This document shows positions 47,562-57,008 of a stretch of DNA of 64,000 nt, one piece after another (position 1 is the first letter of the stretch; the number at the start of each line of letters is the position of its first letter). The position numbers and the translations under genes were made by a program. Under the pieces are notes generated by a model that worked only from the letters and a program-made list of their open reading frames with translations, was not told the DNA's origin and did no database searches. Origin of the DNA: Candidatus Woesearchaeota archaeon (GTDB lineage: Archaea; Nanobdellota; Nanobdellia; Woesearchaeales; GW2011-AR9); NCBI GenBank assembly GCA_018696595.1, contig JABHQW010000008.1, forward strand, positions 1 through 64,000. Direction: 5' to 3'.

Positions 47562-48101
47562 ATGATTCTTGGAACAGATAAAGTAAAGAAACTAATTGAT
47601 GAAGAAAAGCTAATTGAAGATCTTTGTGAACGTGAATTAAACAACCCGGAAAGTATTGTTATCGATTTAAGACTAAACAAACTATTCAAACTTAAAGGGA
47701 AAGGTTTTCTAGGCATAGATGAACGACAGACACCCGAAGCAGAAGAAATTATTAGTTATCATCCAGAAGAGAAAAGATCTTATATCATAAAACCAGGAGA
47801 ATATCTTATCGCAGAAACTATTGAAAAGATTAATGTTCCAAAAGATGTTTTCGTTCTATTTAAACCAAGAACAACATTACACAGAATGGGCATTATCATG
47901 CGAGGAACAATTGCAGATCCCGGCTTTGGCGGAATATTGCATCCAGCAATTTATAATGCTGGCCCTTGTGAAGTAGAAATAGAATTAGGAGCAAGATTCT
48001 TCCAATGCTTCTTTGTTAAAATTGATGGTGAATCTGTTTCTTACAGAGGCCAATGGCAAGGTGGCAGAGTTTTCACAGAAGAAAAGGAGAAACAGGTTTA
48101 A
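47562..48101 (+). CDS. dCTP deaminase/dUTPase family protein (second paralogue)
   Basis: IDLRL, KPRTTLHRMG, DPGFGG and ARFFQ motifs. Confidence 0.8.
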   Translation: MILGTDKVKKLIDEEKLIEDLCERELNNPESIVIDLRLNKLFKLKGKGFLGIDERQTPEAEEIISYHPEEKRSYIIKPGEYLIAETIEKINVPKDVFVLFKPRTTLHRMGIIMRGTIADPGFGGILHPAIYNAGPCEVEIELGARFFQCFFVKIDGESVSYRGQWQGGRVFTEEKEKQV

Positions 48102-48102
48102 A

Positions 48103-48837
48103 ATGAGAAACATAAAGAAAATTCTAATTGAACAAAAAACGGGGAAAAAACATTTTGTTAAAGATCTAGATGACAATTATCATACTTCCTCTGGAGTTAT
48201 CTTAAAAAAAGATTTAAAATCAAAGAAGAATATTATCAAGTCCGACAAAGGAAAAACTTTCTTTATGATTGAACCAACATTCCCAGATTTATGGGAATCA
48301 CTTAGCAGAGGCCCACAACTAATGTTACCAAAAGATATTGGGATGGTTATGGCTAAAACTGGAATTAACCATAATTCAAAAATCGTCGATGCCGGTGGTG
48401 GAACAGGAAGTTTATGTTTATCTCTAGCAAATATGTGTAAAGAAATTACTGTTTACGAAATTAATCCCGAACATTATGATGTTGTTGCTAAAAACATTAA
48501 ATTGTTTGGTTTTAAAAACATCAAATTAAAACACGATAGTATTTACAAAGGGATTAAAGAGAAAGATTTAGATTTAATCACTTTAGATCTTCCGGAACCA
48601 TGGCAAGTTATTGAACATGCAGAAAAATCCTTAAAACAAGGAGCACATTTAGTTGTTTATCTTCCAAATCTTAATCAAGTAAAAATGTTTATCGATTCTT
48701 GTAGAAGAAGCAATATCAAAGTCACAGAAACATTAGAACTTATTGAGCGTAAATGGAAAATCGAAGACAGGATCATGCGTCCAGAGTTCCAAATGTTAGG
48801 ACATACTGGGTTCTTAATATTTTGTAGGAAATTCTAG
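48103..48837 (+). CDS. trmI: tRNA (adenine-57/58-N1) methyltransferase
   Basis: RGPQLMLPKD, DAGGGTGSL, LDLPEPW, RP...MLGHTGFL. Real start at 48103. Confidence 0.92.
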   Translation: MRNIKKILIEQKTGKKHFVKDLDDNYHTSSGVILKKDLKSKKNIIKSDKGKTFFMIEPTFPDLWESLSRGPQLMLPKDIGMVMAKTGINHNSKIVDAGGGTGSLCLSLANMCKEITVYEINPEHYDVVAKNIKLFGFKNIKLKHDSIYKGIKEKDLDLITLDLPEPWQVIEHAEKSLKQGAHLVVYLPNLNQVKMFIDSCRRSNIKVTETLELIERKWKIEDRIMRPEFQMLGHTGFLIFCRKF

Positions 48838-50336
48838 AGAATTAAATATCCATGATTCTTTTTAGCAAACTCTTTAGCCAGACCCAACTTAAATTTATTC
48901 TCTGCAAAGATAGTATAAAGAACCTCTCCTTTCTTAATTGGGTGATGAATTTTTTTATTAATATATAAACCTGAACCCTTATCTTGAGGCGCACCAGCAA
49001 TCCGGGCAATCTTAGAAATTATTTCGTTATCAATCTCTTTAACCCGACCAATTTTTGTTGACTTTACAATATGTTGATAATAACCAATTTTAACTTTTTT
49101 TTGTTTTCCTTGTAATTCAATAATTTCGTTCATCTTTTTAAGAGCTTTACCACTTTCAAGAATTTCATGTGCTACTTTCAAACCTTTACCTTTTCGGTAC
49201 TTGCCAGTCATTTCTAATAAAGCTCCCGCCATAATTAAGGCTTTATGTTTCAAATCCTGTGGAGCCAAAACATCATCTTTTAAAACTTGCATCACATCCA
49301 TAGCTTCTAAAAATGGACCAATCCCATTACCAATAGGTTGAGAACCATCGGTAATAACAACTTTAACATTCATTCCTAATTTTTTTCCAATCAACATAAA
49401 CATTTTCTTGAAATGTTTTGCTTGTTTCCAATTCTTTGCTTTAACCTGTTTACCCATAGGAATATCTATCAAAACATGATTAGCAGAAACAGAAAACTTC
49501 TTTGCCATAACTGAAGCCAAGAGCTGTCCTTCTGCGTCGATAGATAATGGATGTTCAACATCAATAATTTTGTCATCGGCTGGAGCCAGGTTCATGCTAC
49601 CACCATGAACAATACAGGACTTAGCTTTTTTTACAATTTGTTTGATCTTTTTTTCAGGAAGTTCAACCCTGGCAAGACATTCCATAGTATCTGCAGTTCC
49701 TGCCGGACTTGTAATTGCCCTACTAGAAGTTTTAGGAATTGTAAAACCAGCAGCTGCAACAATGGGGATAACAATCATAGTGGTTCTGTTTCCCGGAACC
49801 CCGCCAATGCAATGTTTATCTAATGTTATTCCCGAGAACTTTAATTTATACCCCGTCTTCACCATTGCTCGAGTCATATCAACAACTTCTTCATTGTTCC
49901 AGCCATTAACAAATCCCGCAGCTACAAAATAAGTTTTTTCAATATCGGTTAATCGATCATTTGTAATATCATCAATAATATGTAATAATTCTGTGTAAGA
50001 CAAACGTTTCCCATAAAGTTTACTTCTAATATGTTTTACAGATTCTGGTTTACCAGTAAATTTTAATTGTACAGCACTATCTTTTTTAACGTTTAATTTC
50101 TTAAGAACTTCTTCAAATAATCCAATTTTGCCTTCGGGAACGGCTTTTTGACTCTCAGAAATATCTAAGATGCAAACTTGTTCCCTGCCATCAGTTTTAA
50201 GTAGAATTCTATCCCCAGAATGTAAATCTAATTTGTGTGCGTCTTTAGTATTAAGAATGGCCACTAAAGTGCCGCCCGTAGCAATATCCATATCTTTAAC
50301 TTTAAACTTAAGACTGTGATTCTTCTTAGACTTCAT
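48834..50336 (-). CDS. deoA: AMP phosphorylase (thymidine phosphorylase family)
   Basis: DKHCIGGVPGN, KTSSRAITSPAGTAD, ASVMAKK and N-terminal archaeal extension. Confidence 0.92.
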   Translation of the reverse strand: MKSKKNHSLKFKVKDMDIATGGTLVAILNTKDAHKLDLHSGDRILLKTDGREQVCILDISESQKAVPEGKIGLFEEVLKKLNVKKDSAVQLKFTGKPESVKHIRSKLYGKRLSYTELLHIIDDITNDRLTDIEKTYFVAAGFVNGWNNEEVVDMTRAMVKTGYKLKFSGITLDKHCIGGVPGNRTTMIVIPIVAAAGFTIPKTSSRAITSPAGTADTMECLARVELPEKKIKQIVKKAKSCIVHGGSMNLAPADDKIIDVEHPLSIDAEGQLLASVMAKKFSVSANHVLIDIPMGKQVKAKNWKQAKHFKKMFMLIGKKLGMNVKVVITDGSQPIGNGIGPFLEAMDVMQVLKDDVLAPQDLKHKALIMAGALLEMTGKYRKGKGLKVAHEILESGKALKKMNEIIELQGKQKKVKIGYYQHIVKSTKIGRVKEIDNEIISKIARIAGAPQDKGSGLYINKKIHHPIKKGEVLYTIFAENKFKLGLAKEFAKKNHGYLIL

Positions 50337-50458
50337 GATCTACCTCTTTTTGATATTAGAATTAAAGTTTTATGTTTTATAAGGTTTTTGGAAATCTTTA
50401 ATTTCCTAAATACTTAATAGTATTAGATTTTTGAAAAAAAGAAAAAGTAAAAAAAAAG

Positions 50459-51649
50459 TTATTTGCTCAATAAACTCTTAATTCTTTCTGTTTCTTCTAA
50501 AGTTAATTCAGGGTTATTAGGAAAATAAAACCCGAACTGGTGAATCTTTCTAGCATTAGGACAACTAAAACTTAATCCCTTTTCTGATAAATAATTCCTA
50601 AAGAAAGGTTGCTCAACAATTGAACCCCCAACAATGGGTCTTATTTCAACATTATTCTCTTCAAACTTATTCCTATAACTGTTGAAAGTTTCTAAGTCTT
50701 TACAAATTAAAGGAAAAGCAAAATTTGAAACTAGGCTCATGTGGCCTACATTTAGTTTTTCAAAATCTGAGTTTGTCCCTGCAGTAATACTAAACTCTTT
50801 AAAATTATTTTCTCTTGCCAAATTTATTTCTTCAGCATACTTAAGTTGTTCCACACCAATAAATCCGGTAATCTCGGTTGGTCGCAAATTATATGCTGGG
50901 AAAAAGAATGCATAACGAGAATAAAACCCATCAATATTATTCTCTGCCCTTAATTTAGTCTGTGTTTCTTGATCTAGATTTCTGTCCCAGCCATGCGCTC
51001 TAACCATCAAAAGCATGTCATGTAACTCTTTATCGTTAGTACAAACCATGCCCCCCTCGATTGTAGAAAGATGATGCCCCACAAACGTAGAGAAAGTTCC
51101 CGCCAACCCAAAACTACCTAGCTTAGTATTATTTAACTCGCTACCAAAAGATTCACAATTATCTTCTATTAAAACAATCCCTTTTTGTTCACAGACTGCT
51201 TTTATTTTATCTAAATCCCCACTAAAACCAAGAAGATTAGTAATGAAAAGAACTTTCATGTCAGTATTCTCTAATGTTCTTAATAATGTTTCAGAACTTA
51301 CGTTTAAAGTTTCTAAAGAAACATCAACGGGAACTGGATTTAATCCTAATTGTAATAAAGGCATGACATTAGTGGCCCAAGTTAAAGCAGAAAAACCCAC
51401 TTTATCTTCTTTTCTAAGAATGTTAAGATTAAGTAAAGATTGTATTAAAGCAAGGTTAGCAGAACTACCACTGTTAAAAAGTACAGAATATTCTTGATTT
51501 TGAAATTTGCTAAATTCATTTTCAAATTCTGCACATTTATGGCTCATGCTCAGCTGTTCTTTTTCCATAATAAATTTGCACAATTTCTCTTTAACTTCTT
51601 GTTCATGATAGAATGTTGATTTCATTAACCTAATTTTGCTATCTGTCAT
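50459..51649 (-). CDS. DegT/DnrJ family PLP enzyme, ColD/E1-like (His at the Schiff-base position)
   Basis: FNSGSSAN, LIEDNCES, FSTFVGHHLSTIEGG, YNLRPTE. Confidence 0.8.
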   Translation of the reverse strand: MTDSKIRLMKSTFYHEQEVKEKLCKFIMEKEQLSMSHKCAEFENEFSKFQNQEYSVLFNSGSSANLALIQSLLNLNILRKEDKVGFSALTWATNVMPLLQLGLNPVPVDVSLETLNVSSETLLRTLENTDMKVLFITNLLGFSGDLDKIKAVCEQKGIVLIEDNCESFGSELNNTKLGSFGLAGTFSTFVGHHLSTIEGGMVCTNDKELHDMLLMVRAHGWDRNLDQETQTKLRAENNIDGFYSRYAFFFPAYNLRPTEITGFIGVEQLKYAEEINLARENNFKEFSITAGTNSDFEKLNVGHMSLVSNFAFPLICKDLETFNSYRNKFEENNVEIRPIVGGSIVEQPFFRNYLSEKGLSFSCPNARKIHQFGFYFPNNPELTLEETERIKSLLSK

Positions 51650-51687
51650 TTTTAGTATCTCCTTTTAATTTGATTTCATCTAATCTC

Positions 51688-52830
51688 TTAACAATCCTTA
51701 TCAACACACTCGCCAGCATCTAACTTCTTGCCAACTTCACATTTGTCTTTAACAAACGCACCCAACTTCTCTTTACCAGAATCATGTTCTTTGCCATTGC
51801 CATTAACTTTTACAGTTTTATCTTTTCCAGCATTGGAAACTTTAACGCCAGCACTTAACCTGGCCTTATCGCCTAGAACAGAATCACTAACTTCACAACC
51901 CTCTTCCAAATCGCAGCCAGCACCAACAATAGTATTTTTTAATTTAACATTGTCACCGATTCTAGAACCATCACCAATAGCAGTGAAACCTTCCAAAATA
52001 CAATTTTCACCGATTAAACATCCTCTGCCAATAACAATATTTCCTTTCAATACACAACCATCTTCTATAATTGATCCTTCACCAATGTCAACAGAACCTT
52101 CAATAATAACGTCTTTTCCTAACTTACCTTTAATTGAGATTTCATCTTTTTCATTCAATAATTTTTCAGTTGCATCTAAAACATGCCAAGGATATCCGAC
52201 AGGGATCCAATAACCTTTAACTTCTTCTGCATGCATTTTTCCTTGCTTAGCCAAAACTTTAACCGCATCCGTCAATTCATATTCACCCCGAATGGAAGGT
52301 TCTAACCCCTGTAAGATTGCAAAAACTTCTGGACTAAAACAATACATTCCTGCATTTACGTAATTAGAAACAAACTCTTTAGATTTCTCAACAATATCTT
52401 TAACTTTTCCATTCTCAATAACTACTGCCCCGAAAGCAGATGCATCTCTTTTATATTTTATTAAGATACAGTTTTCATATTTAGAAATATTCCCCATATC
52501 TTTACGGGAGAATAAATCATCCCCATTCAGAACTAAAAACTTTTCATTAACAAATTCTTTAGCCATTAGAACAGCGTGGCCAGTTCCTAATTGTTCTTCT
52601 TGAACAACATAAGTTATCTTGATTCCTTTGTAATTATTACCAAACCGATTAATGATCATGTCTTTCTTGTAACCAACAATAATAACCACTTCTTCTACTA
52701 ACCCTAACATTTGTTCAAGGTTGTGTTCCAAAACCGGTTTGTTAGCAACCTCAATTAATGGTTTAGGTTTATCAACTGCTAATGGATACATTCTTGTTCC
52801 TTTTCCGGCCGCTAATATTACTGCTTGCAT
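51688..52830 (-). CDS. Sugar-phosphate nucleotidyltransferase with hexapeptide (acetyltransferase-like) domain, archaeal GlmU-like
   Basis: ILAAGKGTRM, PKPL, QLGTGHA, RGEYELTD and C-terminal LbH repeats. Confidence 0.88.
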   Translation of the reverse strand: MQAVILAAGKGTRMYPLAVDKPKPLIEVANKPVLEHNLEQMLGLVEEVVIIVGYKKDMIINRFGNNYKGIKITYVVQEEQLGTGHAVLMAKEFVNEKFLVLNGDDLFSRKDMGNISKYENCILIKYKRDASAFGAVVIENGKVKDIVEKSKEFVSNYVNAGMYCFSPEVFAILQGLEPSIRGEYELTDAVKVLAKQGKMHAEEVKGYWIPVGYPWHVLDATEKLLNEKDEISIKGKLGKDVIIEGSVDIGEGSIIEDGCVLKGNIVIGRGCLIGENCILEGFTAIGDGSRIGDNVKLKNTIVGAGCDLEEGCEVSDSVLGDKARLSAGVKVSNAGKDKTVKVNGNGKEHDSGKEKLGAFVKDKCEVGKKLDAGECVDKDC

Positions 52831-53297
52831 TTTAAGACTTCATTCAATTCTGTAAATTCTTCAATTTTGTGATCTGGAACTTCAAAATCATCTTTTGCTT
52901 TTAAAGTTTTATATTTTCCTTGATTTAGTAAGACAGTTTTAAGTCCCAATTCTTTCCCATAACGGATTTCTGAAGTTATTTTATTGCCAACAACTAAAAA
53001 ATGATAAGAAGGATATTTCTGCATTATCTTTCTAAAACAATTAATTTTGTTTTTATCTTCTAAAGGATAAAAGATTTCATCAAAAAAGTTTTTGATTCCT
53101 AAAATATTAATCTTCTCTTCTTGAATCTCTTTATTTCCTTTGGTAACTAAAATTTTCTTAGAATCGTCATTGATTAAAAATTCTCTCACTCCCAGAAATG
53201 GTTTTATTTCATTAAGATTAGAATAATCTGGTTTCACAACATTAGAACATAAATAGAGGGTATCATCAAGATCAAAAATGATTAACCTAGATTTCAT
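52818..53297 (-). CDS. HAD-superfamily hydrolase
   Basis: FDLDDTL motif I; VVGN..TSEI. Confidence 0.8.
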   Translation of the reverse strand: MKSRLIIFDLDDTLYLCSNVVKPDYSNLNEIKPFLGVREFLINDDSKKILVTKGNKEIQEEKINILGIKNFFDEIFYPLEDKNKINCFRKIMQKYPSYHFLVVGNKITSEIRYGKELGLKTVLLNQGKYKTLKAKDDFEVPDHKIEEFTELNEVLKCKQ

Positions 53298-54255
53298 GGA
53301 TAATCCCCATCAGAATTTGAGTTAGCTTCTTACGATCATGTCGAATAAGATTCCTAGCCATTAAGTCAACTTTATCTGCTTGTTTCAGTTTACTGCTTAA
53401 CAAATCTGCAACAATAACTCTTTCCTCTTCCATTAAATCGTTTTCAATTAGTTCCCCTTCTTTAGCATAAACCTCCACTAATTCTTGAGGGGGTTTACCA
53501 TCATTAACAACAATGAAATCAAAAACATCTTTACCTAAATAACGTCTAATTTCTTTAAGATACCCATTAGTTGTAAAACCGGTAGTTTGACCTTTACGGT
53601 TCATTAGATTTACTACAAAAACTTTTTCAGCCTTAGTTTCTCTTAAAGCTTTACTTACCCCTTCAACTAATAGAAGAGGAATTAAACTGCTATATAGGCC
53701 ACCGGGCCCGAGAACAATTAAATCAGCATTCATGATTGCATCAATTGCTCGTTGGTTAACTTTAGGAATTGGTTCTAAAAAAATACTTCTAAAACCTTGA
53801 TCAATTTCTTCAGACAAATAAATTTCTCCTTCACCATTGAGAATCTTATTGTTATCTAGAATCATTTTCAAACGAACTTCGTTTGTAGTTATCGGAAGGA
53901 CCTTTCCTTTAATATTCATTATTCGGCTTACTTCTTCAACCGAAGTTTCAAAACTGCCAGTAACTTTCTCTAATGCAGATAATAAAAGGTTACCAAAACT
54001 GTGGCCTTGTAAACAACCATTGTCAAAACGATAATTCATTAAATTTCTCATTAACTTACTAGAATCTGATAAAGCTACTAAACATTGTCTCACATCTCCC
54101 GGAGGAAGAACACCTAACTCATCTCTTAAAACTCCTGTTGAACCACCATCATCAGCCATTGAGACTACTGCAGTTAAATCTAAAGGATATTTCTTTAAAC
54201 CTCTGAGAACGGTAAAATTACCTGTACCGCCACCTAAAGTCACTACCTTTTTCAT
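53287..54255 (-). CDS. yvcK: YvcK/GlmR (CofD-like) UDP-sugar-binding protein
   Basis: LGGGTG, DDGGSTG.LR, PPGDVR, HSFGNL and GPGGLYSS motifs. Confidence 0.88.
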   Translation of the reverse strand: MKKVVTLGGGTGNFTVLRGLKKYPLDLTAVVSMADDGGSTGVLRDELGVLPPGDVRQCLVALSDSSKLMRNLMNYRFDNGCLQGHSFGNLLLSALEKVTGSFETSVEEVSRIMNIKGKVLPITTNEVRLKMILDNNKILNGEGEIYLSEEIDQGFRSIFLEPIPKVNQRAIDAIMNADLIVLGPGGLYSSLIPLLLVEGVSKALRETKAEKVFVVNLMNRKGQTTGFTTNGYLKEIRRYLGKDVFDFIVVNDGKPPQELVEVYAKEGELIENDLMEEERVIVADLLSSKLKQADKVDLMARNLIRHDRKKLTQILMGIIHEI

Positions 54256-54316
54256 AGTGTTTTTAGAGAGATTTAGTTTTTAAAAGTTGTGAAAAAGAAG
54301 CAATCATTAAAAAGAA

Positions 54317-55090
54317 TTATTCTTTCCTGATTCTTACCATCATAGCATAATCATAAGTGTCAAGAAGGATAAAAGAAAAGTTTTCTTTTTTGACAAAACT
54401 GAGATAATCATAAACTCTTTGTTTAGTGAATCTTTGAGACCACCATCCTTCTTTAGTTGCTGTGAAACAATCTCTTTCATCAGTTATAACTGTCCAACCA
54501 AAATTCCTATAAGAATCTTCTTGCTTTTTTCTAGTTTCTTCATTGTCAATATACATTGAACCAATTACTAATTCCCCATTTGGTTTTAACATCCCATAAG
54601 CTTGTTTAATAATTGTTATGATTTTATCATTTGTAGACAGATCTAGTCCTGGTTTGAATTTTTCTAAATCAAAATTTGAAGGATAAAAAGTTCCTATAGT
54701 AAACCAAGTAGAAATTATTAGATCATATTTTTGATTTAAAGAGTCTAACTTTGTTGCATCCAATAATTGAACATTAGATTTATCCCCAATGTCTAAATCT
54801 GCGATAACTTTCTGAGAAAGATTAATACAATTTTGGGCAATATCAATTCCTTCATAATGTTCAATAGCATTCCAGATTTCTTTTATTCCAACAAGATGTT
54901 TTAATATTCTTGCATCACCAATACCAATATCTAAAACCCTTAGCGGCGATCCCTTCTTTTGATAAAGTTCAGTAATTGCCTTTTTTAATTCAATAAGTTC
55001 GGCCCATTGTGCTTGTAATAAATATTCAGTAAGGTTATTCTCATTAAAAGTGTCCTTTACGTGTTGAGGTTTGTCATACATTTCTTCCAT
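54317..55090 (-). CDS. Class I SAM-dependent methyltransferase
   Basis: VLDIGIG, GIDI, DATKL and LKPNG motifs. Confidence 0.75.
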   Translation of the reverse strand: MEEMYDKPQHVKDTFNENNLTEYLLQAQWAELIELKKAITELYQKKGSPLRVLDIGIGDARILKHLVGIKEIWNAIEHYEGIDIAQNCINLSQKVIADLDIGDKSNVQLLDATKLDSLNQKYDLIISTWFTIGTFYPSNFDLEKFKPGLDLSTNDKIITIIKQAYGMLKPNGELVIGSMYIDNEETRKKQEDSYRNFGWTVITDERDCFTATKEGWWSQRFTKQRVYDYLSFVKKENFSFILLDTYDYAMMVRIRKE

Positions 55091-55171
55091 AAGAACAAAA
55101 AAATAAGGTTAATATATAAATTTTCAGGTATAAAAATTAAAAAAAGAAAAAAAGAAAAAAAATAAAGAACT

Positions 55172-55777
55172 TTATTCTTCAGTAAAGTCTTCGATACTTG
55201 CAGACATTTCTTCATTACCAGCTAACATACCTTTCTTTTGCATGTATTCTCTAGCAATCAAGTAAAAGATTAAACCAATAGATTTCTTACCTTTATTGTT
55301 ACAAGGAATTACTAAATCTAATTTGTTAGACTGGTTGTTTGTATCACATAAAGCAATTACAGGCACACCAATCTTGAAAGCATCTTCAACAGCATTTTTG
55401 TCTGGCCACGGGTCACAAACAAAAACAACTTGTGGTTCTGTAAAAGTTTCCAAGTTAGGGTTTGTCATAATTCCTGGCGGATATCTTCCAGGTAAAACTT
55501 TGATTCCAGTTAATTCTCCCAATTTCTTAAGAGCTTTCCAACCATTTTCCCTTCTACAAGTTATTAAGATTTGTTCTGGTTCGTATTGTGCTAAAAAGTT
55601 AGCAGCAATAGCAACTCGTTCATCAATCTGTTTTAAGTTTAAAACAGATAAACCGTCTGGCCTAGTTTTGTAAATAAATTTAGCCATGTACTTGGTTTTA
55701 AATTTAGTTCCAATATGAATTCCTGATTTCAGGTATTCTTTGGATTCTATTAGTAAATTTTCTTGTTCTTCTCCCAT
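55172..55777 (-). CDS. rps2: 30S ribosomal protein uS2
   Basis: GIHIGT, RPDGL, RYPPG.MTNP, IALCDT and PCNNKG motifs. Confidence 0.96.
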   Translation of the reverse strand: MGEEQENLLIESKEYLKSGIHIGTKFKTKYMAKFIYKTRPDGLSVLNLKQIDERVAIAANFLAQYEPEQILITCRRENGWKALKKLGELTGIKVLPGRYPPGIMTNPNLETFTEPQVVFVCDPWPDKNAVEDAFKIGVPVIALCDTNNQSNKLDLVIPCNNKGKKSIGLIFYLIAREYMQKKGMLAGNEEMSASIEDFTEE

Positions 55778-55790
55778 TTTAATTTTCCTC

Positions 55791-56063
55791 CTATTTCAGT
55801 AATGATTCTTTTGTACTTTTTTCTTTACTCTTATCCCAAACATTTTCAAACTCTTCTTTACTGATTTCAATGTAAGTGGGTTTTGGGGGTTCTTCACCAA
55901 ATAAACTGTGGTCTGAAGAAGAACAAGCTTGAAAAAAATCTTTTGCAGACCCTTTAGTTGAATCTCCATTTTCTTCTTGACAAACTACTCTCCCCATATT
56001 TCCTTCTGACAAAATCTCTTCAAAATAAACTTTATCATTAACTGTTTCTTTAATATATTTCAT
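55791..56063 (-). CDS. Hypothetical protein
   Basis: 90-aa ORF directly upstream of rps2; no motif recognised. Confidence 0.55.
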   Translation of the reverse strand: MKYIKETVNDKVYFEEILSEGNMGRVVCQEENGDSTKGSAKDFFQACSSSDHSLFGEEPPKPTYIEISKEEFENVWDKSKEKSTKESLLK

Positions 56064-56065
56064 TT

Positions 56066-56160
56066 TTCAGATAACAAATAAGAACTAAATCTTATCTGCG
56101 TATTTCTTTTGCCTCACGCAGCTATGCTTCACCCTACAACAGGTAAGCGTCGGCTATGTT
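56066..56160 (-). ncRNA. Candidate structured 5' leader or ncRNA
   Basis: GC-enriched intergenic patch with three hairpins, about 20 nt downstream of a TTTATAAA box. Confidence 0.3.
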
Positions 56161-56238
56161 GTTTATTTTAGAGAGGGGTTTATAAATGTTTCTAGAATTT
56201 ACTATTAGATTCTAAAACCACAGAAAAATCTTCATTTT

Positions 56239-57006
56239 TTAACAGCTTCTTATAAGTTCTAAAAGATTCTCTTGATCAAGTACTGTTGCACCAAGCCTTG
56301 CTGCTGCTTCTTGTTGTTTCTCGGTGTTATAACCCCATGGGGCCATTACAAGATTAACCCCCAGGTCATGTAATCTAATAACTTCAGGTAGACTGTCCTC
56401 AATCATCGTTATATCTTCCAAACCCACACCTTCTCTTTCTGCAATCTCTCTCAAATGATCAGCTTTTTTCTTACCATGTGTTGCTTTTGTAAAAATATTT
56501 TCTTCATTGATATCGAAACCCAACATCTTCAATCTTTTTTGTGCCATTTGGTTTGAAGAAGAAACATACACTGGACCATTTTCCTTTGCAGCATTAATAA
56601 TATTACGAATACCTATGTAAACAATTAATAAATTAATTATTTCTTGTGAGTGTTCATATGGTAAACAGCTACGCACATCAGTAAAAGCTAAACAGAACTG
56701 ATTATATTCACTATCACCTACTTTGTCCCTATACTTAGCCACTTCAGTCTCAAATTGTTCTCTACTCTCGACGTTCGGAGATGTTTCTCTAAAATGAGCA
56801 CATATTGCTAAAAATTCATGGCCATGAACTAAGAAAGGTCTGTATTGATTAATAGCTTTTTCAAATCCAGGATAAGCCAGTTCAGTAGCTTCCAATGATA
56901 AAATTCTATTACTTGGTTCAGTTCCACGAAGAGCATTAACAGCTTCAATACCCCCCAATATTGCTGAATTGGTTAATACTCCATCCATATCAAATACAGA
57001 TATCAT
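56239..57006 (-). CDS. HAD-superfamily hydrolase
   Basis: FDMDGVL, KK, IEDS and APWGYN motifs. Confidence 0.75.
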   Translation of the reverse strand: MISVFDMDGVLTNSAILGGIEAVNALRGTEPSNRILSLEATELAYPGFEKAINQYRPFLVHGHEFLAICAHFRETSPNVESREQFETEVAKYRDKVGDSEYNQFCLAFTDVRSCLPYEHSQEIINLLIVYIGIRNIINAAKENGPVYVSSSNQMAQKRLKMLGFDINEENIFTKATHGKKKADHLREIAEREGVGLEDITMIEDSLPEVIRLHDLGVNLVMAPWGYNTEKQQEAAARLGATVLDQENLLELIRSC

Positions 57007-57008
57007 GA

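Noticed and set aside
48013-48102. Extended N-terminus of TrmI in the ORF track
   Set aside because: It overlaps the upstream gene; the ATG at 48103 with a GGAG SD gives a normal-length TrmI.
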